Shown in pieces: positions 52,779-64,000 of a stretch of 64,000 nt of DNA (the first letter of the stretch is position 1; each line of letters opens with the position of its first letter). The notes beneath the pieces are model-generated. The model had not been told where the DNA came from. It saw only the letters and a program-made list of their open reading frames with translations, and searched no databases. Position numbers and translations under genes: made by a program. Origin of the DNA: Octopus bimaculoides (Eukaryota); contig NC_068999.1 of the NCBI RefSeq assembly GCF_001194135.2, positions 7,532,978 to 7,596,977 of the forward strand, read 5' to 3'.

Positions 52779-53439
52779 ATAAACTCAATAGATTGCTAAA
52801 TAAATAAGTAGAAAAAGAAAACTTCCTTTCATTTGCACGTCAACGAGTCTTTTGTAAATAATTTCTGTGACATCTGTCACAATTATAAAACAGATCTGCG
52901 TCAAACAGACATGTATAAAACACAGAATCCGTACATGCGCACACAGAAAAGAAAATAGGATGTTATTATATTGTTGGTTGTTTAATTTTTGTTAATTTCT
53001 TATTGTCCGTTTGTTCGTCTTTCGTCACGTGTCCTGTACGTTAGAAAGTTTTTTTCATCGAATCGAGGCGTTAATTTCCGTTTTCGAAGGCACTATTTGC
53101 ATGATATCATTAACTAGAGTTCTTTTATTTTGTTTATTTTGTTGGTTTGTTGGTTTGTTCTTCTTGTCTTTCATTCTTCTCATTTGTTCGGCTCGTTTTT
53201 AACCCATATACGCAGGCGCCACCACAAACACCAACACAAACACTATCACTTGCAAGTGAAAGACAATTACACGCAGCACAATCAACATCAGCGTCATCAT
53301 CACCATCGACATGAACAGCCTCACCGTCATCATTGACGTCATCATCATCCTTATGATCATCCTTTTCAGCATCAGCATCATTTTATACATCTTCCTCGTC
53401 AACATTGTCACCCCCACCACCATCAGCTTCCCCATTTCC

Positions 53440-53784
53440 AACACTACGACGACAACGACGACGACAACGACGACAACGACGACGACCACCACCACCACCA
53501 CCATTATCATCACCACAACCACTATCATCGTCTTCATCATTAGCATCATTCTCTACATCCTCCGCACTACCACTACCCCTTCTCCTCCCTCTTCCTATTC
53601 CTCATCATCTTCTTCTTCTTCTTCTTCTTCTTCTTCTTCTTCTTCTTCTTCTTCTTCTGCTTCTTCTTTTTCTTCTTCTTCTTTTTCTTCTTCTTCTTCT
53701 TCTTCTTCTTCTTCTTCTTCACAACAATAATTCTCATGATAATGATGATGATGATGATGATGATGATGACTATCATCATCATCA

Positions 53785-53815
<31 letters not shown>

Positions 53816-53964
53816 AGTCATCATCATCATCATCATCATCATTATCTCCATCACCTTCCATTATCTTATACCCATTGGTGATCATCAATTGTTCTCCATA
53901 TATGAAATCACGATTAACATTATTACAAATGTTATTATTATTATTATCATACTTATCATTATTA
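53440..53964. repeat. Compound trinucleotide mosaic (ACG/ACA/ACC)n-(TCT)n-(ATG)n-(TCG)n-(TCA)n-(TTA)n
   Basis: Direct reading; the low-complexity zone starts near 53215. Confidence 0.95.
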
Positions 53965-54520
53965 TCTATTAAAACGTTCATTATCCAATTTGGTTGTTAC
54001 TCTTTCTCTCAATCCTGCTCGCCTTCGCACTTCCTCATTCCTCATCCTTTCCATCCATGTCATACCAGCCATAACCCTCAGGCATCTCATCTCAAACACA
54101 TCTAGTCGCCTCCTTTCCGCATCTCTCAGCCCCCACCTCTCTGCACCATATAGTACTGACTGCACAATCACGCCATCATACACAGCTCTTTTCGCTCTCA
54201 TACTCATCCTTTTGACTCTCAGCATACATTTCACAGAGTGATGAAGGCAGAAATGGTAGGCAGCAGAACCAAAAGCAGACCTCGGTTTGTGTGGATGGAT
54301 GGATGGAGTGAAGAAAGCCTTATTGGTTAGAGAGTGAGAGAAACAAGTGAGTTTATAAATGATAGGAAAACTTGGAGAGTGTTTGTAGACGGATGAGTGA
54401 ATTTGATGTTGCTCAAAGAGGTACGGAACCACCATTGGGGGTTGCGTTCTGTGCCTTAACCCGAGCATAGGACGGGGCTCGCCTCTTTGAGCTGGGAAAT
54501 CGCAACTTCTTGATACAGTA
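53965..54520 (+). mobile_element. RTE-clade LINE 3' fragment with an inverted 5' segment
   Basis: Minus 54234-53965: VKCMLRVKRMSMRAKRAVYDGVIVQSVLYGAERWGLRDAERRRLDVFEMRCLRVMAGMTWMERMRNEEVRRRAG. Plus from 54235: RVMKAEMVGSRTKSRPRFVWMDG/VKKAL…/DRKTWRVFVDG*, followed by a putative 3' UTR. Confidence 0.85.
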
Positions 54521-54680
54521 TTTCATCTATCGTGTACAGTTGACTACGAATCTGTATTTCTCATTCTTGTGTCTATGAACTTACTCCTCAATTCGTCGGC
54601 TATATATAGACTCTTTCACTGTCACTTCTTCATCACCATCCTTATATGTTCTTAACACGCATATGTCTATGCCTACATAG

Positions 54681-54833
54681 AAAATCAAAGAGACAGAGGA
54701 TCACAATGGTGAACTGCTTCGAAACCTCCAGCTTCTATATCCAGATTTTAAGTTCATACTTATGGCGATCATAATTGATACACTTTACTTTGTGAGTAAT
54801 TTTCTAAGGTTTTCAGAAAAAGAAATGAAGTAA
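54681..54833 (+). pseudogene. C-terminal fragment of an RLE-type (R4/Dong-like) non-LTR retrotransposon
   Basis: KIKETEDHNGELLRNLQLLYPDFKFILMAIIIDTLYFVSNFLRFSEKEMK* resembles the RLE tail K.EKE..YG.LLRNLQLLYP.YKF..IPII(V)GALG (from recall). Confidence 0.5.
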
Positions 54834-56144
54834 CTAACTGGCTCATCTCTAGGTGCAATAAAGAAAAAATATAGTTATGTTCTCCCAAGATTAAAATGTG
54901 ACTTTTTTTTTGTTATCAATATTCCAACGATGGAGCTTTGTATCTTTGTTAGGAAACAGCTCCGTCCTCAGTGAAAGAATGTAAACTTTTAAAAACTGAA
55001 GAGTTACTACATATATACGGACATACGTACATACATTAATACATTAATATGAATATATACACATATATGTGCATACATATACATGAACACCAACACATAC
55101 ACGGAGAAGCATATTTATGCATATTATGTATAATTATATATATATATATNNNNNNNNNNNNNNNNNNNNNNNNNNNNNNNNNNNNNNNNNNNNNNNNNNN
55201 NNNNNNNNNNNNNNNNNNNNNNNNNNNNNTATATACATATACAGATATATATTTATGCAGCACATGATGTGAAGTCATTTCTTTTCTAAGATTTCCCGAA
55301 ATCTCAGTTTTGTTTTGACATATTCTATGTTTTGGGGATTTTTCGTGTGTGACTACAACAAAGCTGTCAAAATATAATGTTTTATAAAGCTAACTAGGAT
55401 AGACATAAAACATATATTTCGGAAAATGCGTAAAAAAATGCTTTTCGAATATTAGCGTCTGGAGGCATATTCTGAGAAGTAGCACCTGGAATTTAAAAAA
55501 ATATATATGCTATGATACAAATGATTAGAAATGTTCAACGAAAACGCAATTAGTATTGATCACCGACAAAATTACTAAACGCCCACTGACCAGTCACTTA
55601 AAATATTAGGTATGATTCTCATAGTAGTTGCACTTACCAGTATGTAAATTTCCATACATACATATATACGTAGATACACGCACACACACACACACGCACA
55701 CATGCACATACACACTTACACACTCACTCACTAACAAACACACACACATACGCAGATATATATATATATATATATATATGCATTGGTATACATACATATG
55801 TAAACACATATGTCTCTATACACACATGTATTTTATATATTTATACATATATATACTTATATTACCTATGCATATATTCATACTAATATAATTGTACGTC
55901 CCAATCGATATATATATATATATATATANNNNNNNNNNNNNNNNNNNNNNNNNNNNNNNNNNNNNNNNNNNNNNNNNNNNNNNNNNNNNNNNNNNNNNNN
56001 NNNNNNNNNNNNNNNNNNNNNNNNNNNNNNNNNNNNNNNNNNNNNATTTTACATATATACACGTGTGTTTGAATTTAGAGATACATACATATATTATATA
56101 TAGTATACATATATACATGTGTGTTTGTTTGCGTGTGTGAGTGC

Positions 56145-56213
<69 letters not shown>

Positions 56214-57038
56214 GCACAGAATATTTCGAACGGACACGCATGCAGGATATTTGCAGGATAAAAATTTATAGCGGAAATTTTGAAAATCATACATTTTATG
56301 AAAGTTGTCATTTTGATGTTTCACGTTCATACGCCGTCACGCCATTATTTCACCGAGTTAAATATTTCTATAGCGCCACCGATTTCGATCTATAATTAAC
56401 GTATTTCTAAAAGCGTAACGCACGAAAACATGTTGTGACAAACAAAATAATAACGTATAGCTGCGATCAACATTATTATGTAAAAGGATATATTATTATT
56501 TTATCAAAATGGAAGAGAGCAATCTAAACAGATTTTAGCGAAATATTCAATTTCGAAAAGTGATATTTTATATATATATTGATATACAATAACTTGTTTT
56601 GCTAACGTAGTTTATTTATATATGATGAAATATAAATATTATAATTGTTTAGAATGTTATATACAGAAAAATATTTTCTGCATATAATTATTTATAAACT
56701 ATAAGTTTCTAATGTTATTTATTTATTTACAAAAAATATTATGGGCTTTTATAGTTCAGCATAAAATATTTATTAAATGATCAAAATTACACGCACGATA
56801 TCCCACGAACGATATCCCACGAACGATATCCCGCGCACATTTATAAATACAATCGGTATTTATCTGCATATGTATTATACAGATTAACGTGGATAAACCA
56901 TATCGTATTGTGCGTTAACTATGATTGTGGTTATTGTTTTAGCATTTGGTCTCTCTATGTATGTATGCATGTGTGCATGCATACATGTACATGTATATGT
57001 ATGTATGTGTGTATGTATGTATCTATCTACATATATGC

Positions 57039-57090
<52 letters not shown>

Positions 57091-59382
57091 ACGGATACTA
57101 TTTGATATTTGACATATATATTTAAAAGAAGATGTATAATCTAGATATCTATAAATGGAGGCGGGGATGAGGTAGAGAAGAGACGTGAGACTTTGAAAAA
57201 AAAGTAGAAAAGCCAGAAAAAGATGAAAGGGACGATGATATGTAGGCGGAGAGATCGATGCGAAAATAATGAAACAGACAAAGGAAAATATATATATATA
57301 TATACAGAAATAAAAGACTGTTGAAAATAATATAAGAATGTTATTGTTTCATAACAAGTGAAAGGACGAATCTAAAAATTATCGTTTATCGTTGTGAAAT
57401 TTTATGAAGATCCAAGAACTCGCGATAAGTATTCGTATTTTGTTGTGAGAGCAATAGAGAAATACAAATAGATTTTAAAGGTCTTCTTCTTGAACACCCA
57501 CCGCCAGTACTTTGTCTTTGTTTACTTGTTACACAAAAACTTTCCCTTTGGATATGTTTAATTGTTCTGTTGAAAATACATTCAACACTCGAGGCGGGTT
57601 GTCTTAACCTCTCTACATGCCGACGCATGTTTTTTTAAAAGGCTTCGATGTGACGAACAGAAAAATTAATTTTCTCAGTCCTCTACTTGATTGAATGCTT
57701 CTTTGAAAGCCGTTCCAGAGAAACATCCATTGTAGTATAGTAATTGCATTGAGATATTAACGTCGTATTCTTTGTCTTGCAAATGAAATAAAGTTTTATC
57801 AAATCATAAAATATTTAATTTCTTTTCTTTTTTTTTCTCCATCTTAGCTTTCATTATTAAGTCTTCAAGTATTGCGATTTAAGTTGTTAATCAACTGTTT
57901 GCTCACACATAATGTAGATTTTTGAAATTTTACCATAAAAAAATCTTTATATTGCAAAATACATTCATTTCTATCGTTGGCAGCCGTGTGACCATTTTAT
58001 TTTACGTGGGAGTGTAATTGTACGATGAAGAATATTAAAAAAAAATATTTGATTGATAATCAGCTGGGTTTCAGAAAGGTCAAGAATCAGACTCGGATGC
58101 GATAAACTACAAGTCAAAGACAATGATACTGGATATTTGAAGATAACCCATCGTGTATTCTATAATTTTCCCTTCCGTAAAAAAATCAAAATTAAAATAA
58201 CGGTTCTTTATTCTGTCTCTCGTGACTAATCCATGAAAACTTCTTCCAGACTCAAGAATATAAGATTTATATAGGATATAGTTATTTTCAGATCTCATGA
58301 ACAAGTATCGATTTGAAATATTCAAATTCTTCCACAACGTGGTAACTTTAATTTTATGATTAACTCCGAATTCCGATATCTACAACAATCCAAATATGTA
58401 CCGTATGCATTCGTGTATAAGCCGTACACCAAATTTACTGTTAAATTTTGATGTAAATAATTTTAGCTTTACGTCATGTATAGGTCACACAGCTGTGTTT
58501 TCGGTGATAATTACGTATAAAATATCGCGACTTTTGCACGAATAATTACAGTAAGTCATGCTTTCAAACAACATAGAGAAATAAAAGTGGGTTGTAATTG
58601 GTGATGAGAACAAAAATTCTGCACAAATGATGCTTAATGTTGCAAACAGACGAGTAAAAGAAGTATCTTTACGGTTTGTTCTCTAAATGGCTCACAAATC
58701 TCTCAATAAAAGTCTTAAGAAAGAAAATATATATGGGAAAACATAGTCGTAGATACGCAACGAAGGAGAGAATATCCTACAATCACGGATGACAATTCTT
58801 TGATCATAGAACTGCTCGATTCTGCTGGGGATAAACATCATCATCAACAACAAGAACAACAACAACAACAACAACAACAACACTATAAGCAAAATATATA
58901 CAGTTATTTATGCTCTGTAATTGCGTGTCATTTTGTCATTTTCGATTCTTCAATCACAGAAAAATTCTGGGAAAGCGAGAATGATATATCACATTCTCTT
59001 AGTGGTATGAAGGGCAAGGGCTTGAAATATCGGTTTCTCTCAATCTTTAATGTGAATACGGCAACAGTTTACTCAGATCTCTTCCACGAATTTTTCAGCG
59101 ATATAAATCTGAAGAGATATTATTAGATATACTTGTGCCAGGAAGAAAATCAACGGTTTGAAATGTCGGTTTCTTTCCACCCCCACAGAACCTACGGTAG
59201 CAGACCACATACACCTCTTGCACAAATTTACTAGTCATATAAATTTAATGACCATCAGTTTTTTAAAGGCATTGTCCTACCATGGCCACAGTGGAATGAC
59301 TGAAAAGAAGTTAAAGATAAAAGATAAAAATAAGCATAAGCATTTCCCGCAAAGCATTTCATGTTGAATAAATTTCATCATA

Positions 59383-59514
<132 letters not shown>

Positions 59515-59904
59515 ATGTGTGTGTGTGTGTGTATGTATATATGTATATATAAATGTATATATGAAATTCATTTAAAACAATAGGTGTATATTAAGCATAT
59601 AGTTTATATCTATTTAAAAGAAAATGGAGATAAGGAAGTTAATAATCTTTTTTTTTCTCATGGTACATAAATATAAATCTAATGTACAAATTTGTTATTA
59701 AATCATTAAGTATCATTTGAAACGACTGTAAGAAAGGAAGCCGAGCAATTTGTTAATAATAAGCAATTATTTACTTCCTTATCTCCCTATTATTTTCTTC
59801 TTTTAAATGGATATAATATATACATGCATGTATAAGTGGCTTCAACACTGCTTCTGTCTACTAAATTCCTCATTTTCTCGGCTTTAAATTAAAAGTACAT
59901 GATA

Positions 59905-59985
59905 CTTTATAGGGCGGCGATGTGGGTCTGAGCCCGAAACTACTGTTTGCCAAGCGAACTTCTTTGCCACACAGCTTTCTCTGTT
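59905..59985 (-). mobile_element. SINE family B head remnant
   Basis: gtgggtctgagcccgaaac…gcgaacttctttgccacacagc. Confidence 0.5.
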
Positions 59986-60522
59986 TATGTAGCTGTTTTT
60001 GGCTAAAAATGCGCTTATGATATAGGAGTTGTTCGAAGCATTTAACGTTACAATGAAAAATTGGGAAGAAAAGAAGAAAGCACTACTATTCTGATGAATA
60101 ATTTCAAAAGCAGTGGTAGAATTATCGATACGTTGATGACTATGAACAATATAGGGATGCATATGAGGCGAAGATGTCTAAAGTCTTTAATGTTTTACAT
60201 CTTGTAAATATTGGAAATAAATCTTATTCAGCAACTCTTAAATGACATTAAATGCATAAATATTTTACAGAGACCGAAAATTAATAAAAATAATGACACC
60301 AGGGATAATAACACGATACATGCTGAGAACGGGTGAGGGTTGAGAAAGAGTGGATGGAGTTAAGACGATGTGTGATAGGACCCCAGTGGTGTGAGTTGCC
60401 TTGAGATGGGTCCCCAGAGGAAATTGATTAGTACGGATCTATAAACGCATATGCTCCTTGGAAAATTGTATAAATAAATTATTACTTGTGTTAGTGTTAT
60501 TACAATACATACATACATATAA

Positions 60523-60606
<84 letters not shown>

Positions 60607-61052
60607 GTACGTATATATGTATATATGTATATATATATATATATATATATGTANNNNNNNNNNNNNNNNNNNNNNNNNNNNNNNNNNNNNNNNNNNNNNN
60701 NNNNNNNNNNNNNNNNNNNNNNNNNNNNNNNNNNNNNNNNNNNNNNNNNNNNNNNNNNNNNNNNNNNNNNNNNNNNNNNNNNNNNNNNNNNNNNNNNNNN
60801 NNNNNNNNNNNNNNNNNNNNNNNNNNNNNNNNNNNNNNNNNNNNNNNNNNNNNNNNNNNNNNNNNNNNNNNNNNNNNNNNNNNNNNNNNNNNNNNNNNNN
60901 NNNNNNNNNNNNNNNNNNNNNNNNNNNNNNNNNNNNNNNNNNNNNNNNNNNNNNNNNNNNNNNNNNNNNNNNNNNNTCAAATAAATATATACGCATTCAA
61001 GCAAACACATATACAATTATGGACAGACACAGACACTTGGACAGACAGACAG

Positions 61053-61086
<34 letters not shown>

Positions 61087-61089
61087 GCA

Positions 61090-61140
<51 letters not shown>

Positions 61141-61500
61141 ATTATATACACATTCAAACACATACATATATAAATACACACACACACACGTACACACACG
61201 CACATATATACTACAAAGCAATACATTTGCCAAATTATCTGGTTGGTTGCCAAAATTTAATATCTTCATAATAATGTATGCGTTTCTACGCCAACAAATG
61301 ATAATTTACTTATTGCAGAATATAGTATTTATCGCATGATGTTAATTTATTACTTATTTAGTATTATCGTTATTATTGAAGACGGCGCATAATATCCAAA
61401 ATCATGGTTGTTGATTGAAGATGTGTCCACCAGGGGTTTGTACTGACTGTCAAGTCACAGCAAAGACCTCAGAGTGACATCATTGTTGTTGTTGTTGTTG

Positions 61501-61561
<61 letters not shown>

Positions 61562-61562
61562 T

Positions 61563-62119
61563 GAGTGAGAAATCAGTGCATATCATCAAAGTGACACTGG
61601 GGTAAAATATGCGAGGCCCATTATACTCACCATGACTACCCGTCTGATAAGGGTACACCAGGTACATGCATCACAACCATACGTGCGCGACATAGTGATC
61701 TCATATCAAGATAAACAGCGCATGACCTCGCAGGTGGGGGCCCAGTTAGAATTTTCTCCAGGTCGGGTAGCCCATCCCGCACAAAAGGTCCCTGAATAAG
61801 GTTTGTTTAAGGATGTTGAACAAAACACCCCTGTTTCCAAAGGTGAATTATTCAAACCCCCAAAGAATTCCTCTCAACACATGGCTATGATGTTCCTCCA
61901 CTACTTCTGCTCGTGATCAGAGATGCACATATCGTCAGCCACTAAGGGAAAATGCTCAACTGGTTAAGGTCAAGCAACTGACAAGCAAATCTGTGGTATT
62001 GAACAGAATATTTGCTGTAGCCCATCTTTTATACCAAGACAAAACAATGTACATGATAACACTTCCAATCAGTTAAGATCAGAAGCCATGAGAGCCACTG
62101 CCTGGTTTTGCATCCGGGC

Positions 62120-62120
<1 letters not shown>
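61563..62120 (-). mobile_element. Interspersed repeat family D, copy 2 (558 bp, both ends visible)
   Basis: Colinear with 20368-20781; flanked by (GTT)n(ATT)n at 61483-61562 and (TTA)n at 62121-62229. Confidence 0.85.
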
Positions 62121-62188
<68 letters not shown>

Positions 62189-62879
62189 CATTATTATTGT
62201 TATTATTATTATTATTATTATTATTAATATTAGTATATTTTTTGTTTTGCATATCCACATCTTCATTGTAGAAGTATCAGCATGGATCATTTAATCCACA
62301 GTGTTTAATCAGCTGAGAGATGTCTTACACTGCATACATACTTGTTTAACCTATTAAATAGCAATTTGACAAATCAAGTGGTATAACGTCTATTATAATT
62401 TTATCCACTTCAAAATAGAAACTCCATGTTTAATGTTGTAATTGTTTGAACGAAATCTTCAACCTTACAGTTTGTTTTTGATTGTTATTAGTTAAGTATT
62501 TTACTGAGAATTGTATTTAAGATTTCTTGTGTTTCTTGTTGCTGTTGTTGTCTTCATCAATTAGCACGTTGTAGCGTAAAGAAAATATTACGTTAGTTAG
62601 AATAATTGCTCTCAGTTTTTGCCAATAATTCTCGTTAGAAAAAGCACAAATTACACACGTACTAGTATTTCTTAAATCTTAGATGAGATAAAAAACTTCT
62701 TAACTAATTTACACAGATTTTACGAAACGAAAGAAAATTTAAGAATAATGGTGTAATTTGCAGGAATATCTGAAAATTAAAAATTAATTTGCTGAAGTAT
62801 TTTTTGCCCATAACCATATGTTGTGCGTTCCGACTTTGTTTCAATTGCCGTTCAGATAATGTTATTATTAAAGCCGAGA

Positions 62880-63240
62880 CGGTGTTGATTTGACAGAATC
62901 GTTGGCATGCCTGACAAAATGCTTAGCGGCATTTTCATACGTTTCTACGTTCTGTGTTCAAATTCTGCCGAGGTCCATCGGCGGCGAGCTGACAGAATCG
63001 TTACCCCGCCGGGCGAAATGCTTAGCGGTATTTCGTCTGCCGCTACGTTCTGAGTTCAAATTCTGCCGAAGTCGACTTTGCCTTTCATCCTTTCGGAGTC
63101 GATTAAATAAGTACCAGTTACGCACTGGGGTCGATATAATCGACTTAATCCATTTGTCTGTCCTTGTTTGTCCCCTCTGTGTGTATCCCCTTGTGGGCAA
63201 TAAAGAAATAAGAAACGACTCCATCATTCTATGGGTCCTT
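62880..63240 (+). mobile_element. Young SINE A (62980-63217) nested in an older SINE A
   Basis: The old head is interrupted after …gccgaggTCCATC. The young copy runs ggcggcgagctgacagaatcg…gggcaataaagaaataagaaacg and is followed by acTCCATC. Confidence 0.85.
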
Positions 63241-63780
63241 CATTTTCTAAGATATTAACAGCGTACTTTAAAGAACATCTTGGTACTATTTCTAGCATAT
63301 CATGCGACCACCAACAACCATCCATCATCTTTATATCATACGCTTTGTTGTCGATTGCAGTAACGATAACAATGCACATCGCATCAAAAATTCCATTTTA
63401 TTGCCACCACCAGCTCTCTTTGGTATCTTAGTCTATAGAATTTATAGACCCATGTTTAAAGACTCTTTACCTCACTCGGATAAAAATATCACTTTATGTC
63501 GACTTGTTGTACGGATATAGAGAATGATATGAGAATGTTTGATTGCAAACATTTATCTCCGTTATGCAAATGTTGGCAAAGGTGATTAATATATATTTTG
63601 GGAGACAAAAGAACGGTTTTGACCTGAGTAAACTCGGACGTTTGTTTTGCTATTTACAGCGGGATGACTTATTATCAAAGTTCTTGACATTAACATGCAT
63701 CATGTATATGAAGCGCCCTGACACGTATAGAAAACAGATCAGATATACACGCATATAGAGATTAAAACATGTACCTACAC

Positions 63781-63836
<56 letters not shown>

Positions 63837-63891
63837 GTATGTGTGTGTATGGCTGGAGGGACGTAGGAATGTATATATATATGTATGTGTG

Positions 63892-63932
<41 letters not shown>

Positions 63933-64000
63933 ATGCATGTATGCATACACACACGCACATACAGGTACATACACATATATATAAATACATAGACATTCAT

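Noticed and set aside
58292-58341. 50-nt plus-strand mini-exon candidate (xLMNKYRFEIFKFFHNV)
   Set aside because: No partner exons and only a moderate donor; expected by chance in 64 kb.
58719-59126. Open frame with a poly-Q/H tract
   Set aside because: It relies on a (CAA)n microsatellite, lacks a good start or splice context, and shows no recognisable motif.

Overview
AT-rich eukaryotic genomic DNA, most likely intronic or intergenic, from a gapped short-read assembly with about 22 N-runs, most flanked by dinucleotide arrays, chiefly (TA)n. The SINE families and microsatellite load look like an octopus (coleoid cephalopod) genome; this is an inference from recall, not a database result. 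No complete gene, rRNA, true tRNA or CRISPR array is present. Contents: (1) one probable terminal coding exon of an unidentified protein on the minus strand (6073-6422); (2) many copies of three tRNA-derived SINE families (called A, B and C here), several nested, dimeric or chimeric; (3) three different mariner relics, a Tigger/pogo-type MITE and two other TIR/foldback MITEs; (4) non-LTR relics: a Penelope-like RT, an RTE-clade LINE with a 5' inversion, an R4/Dong-like RLE fragment and a (TTA)n-bracketed element present twice; (5) minisatellites and compound microsatellites. The most interesting signal is a set of at least five minimal type I hammerhead-ribozyme-like motifs from several distinct short repeat families (446-496, 14409-14443, 24984-25020, 27198-27234, 41131-41172, plus degenerate copies). 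Their stem III is palindromic, as expected for Penelope pLTR or retrozyme-type elements. Almost all ORFs in the supplied track are microsatellite or gap artefacts.
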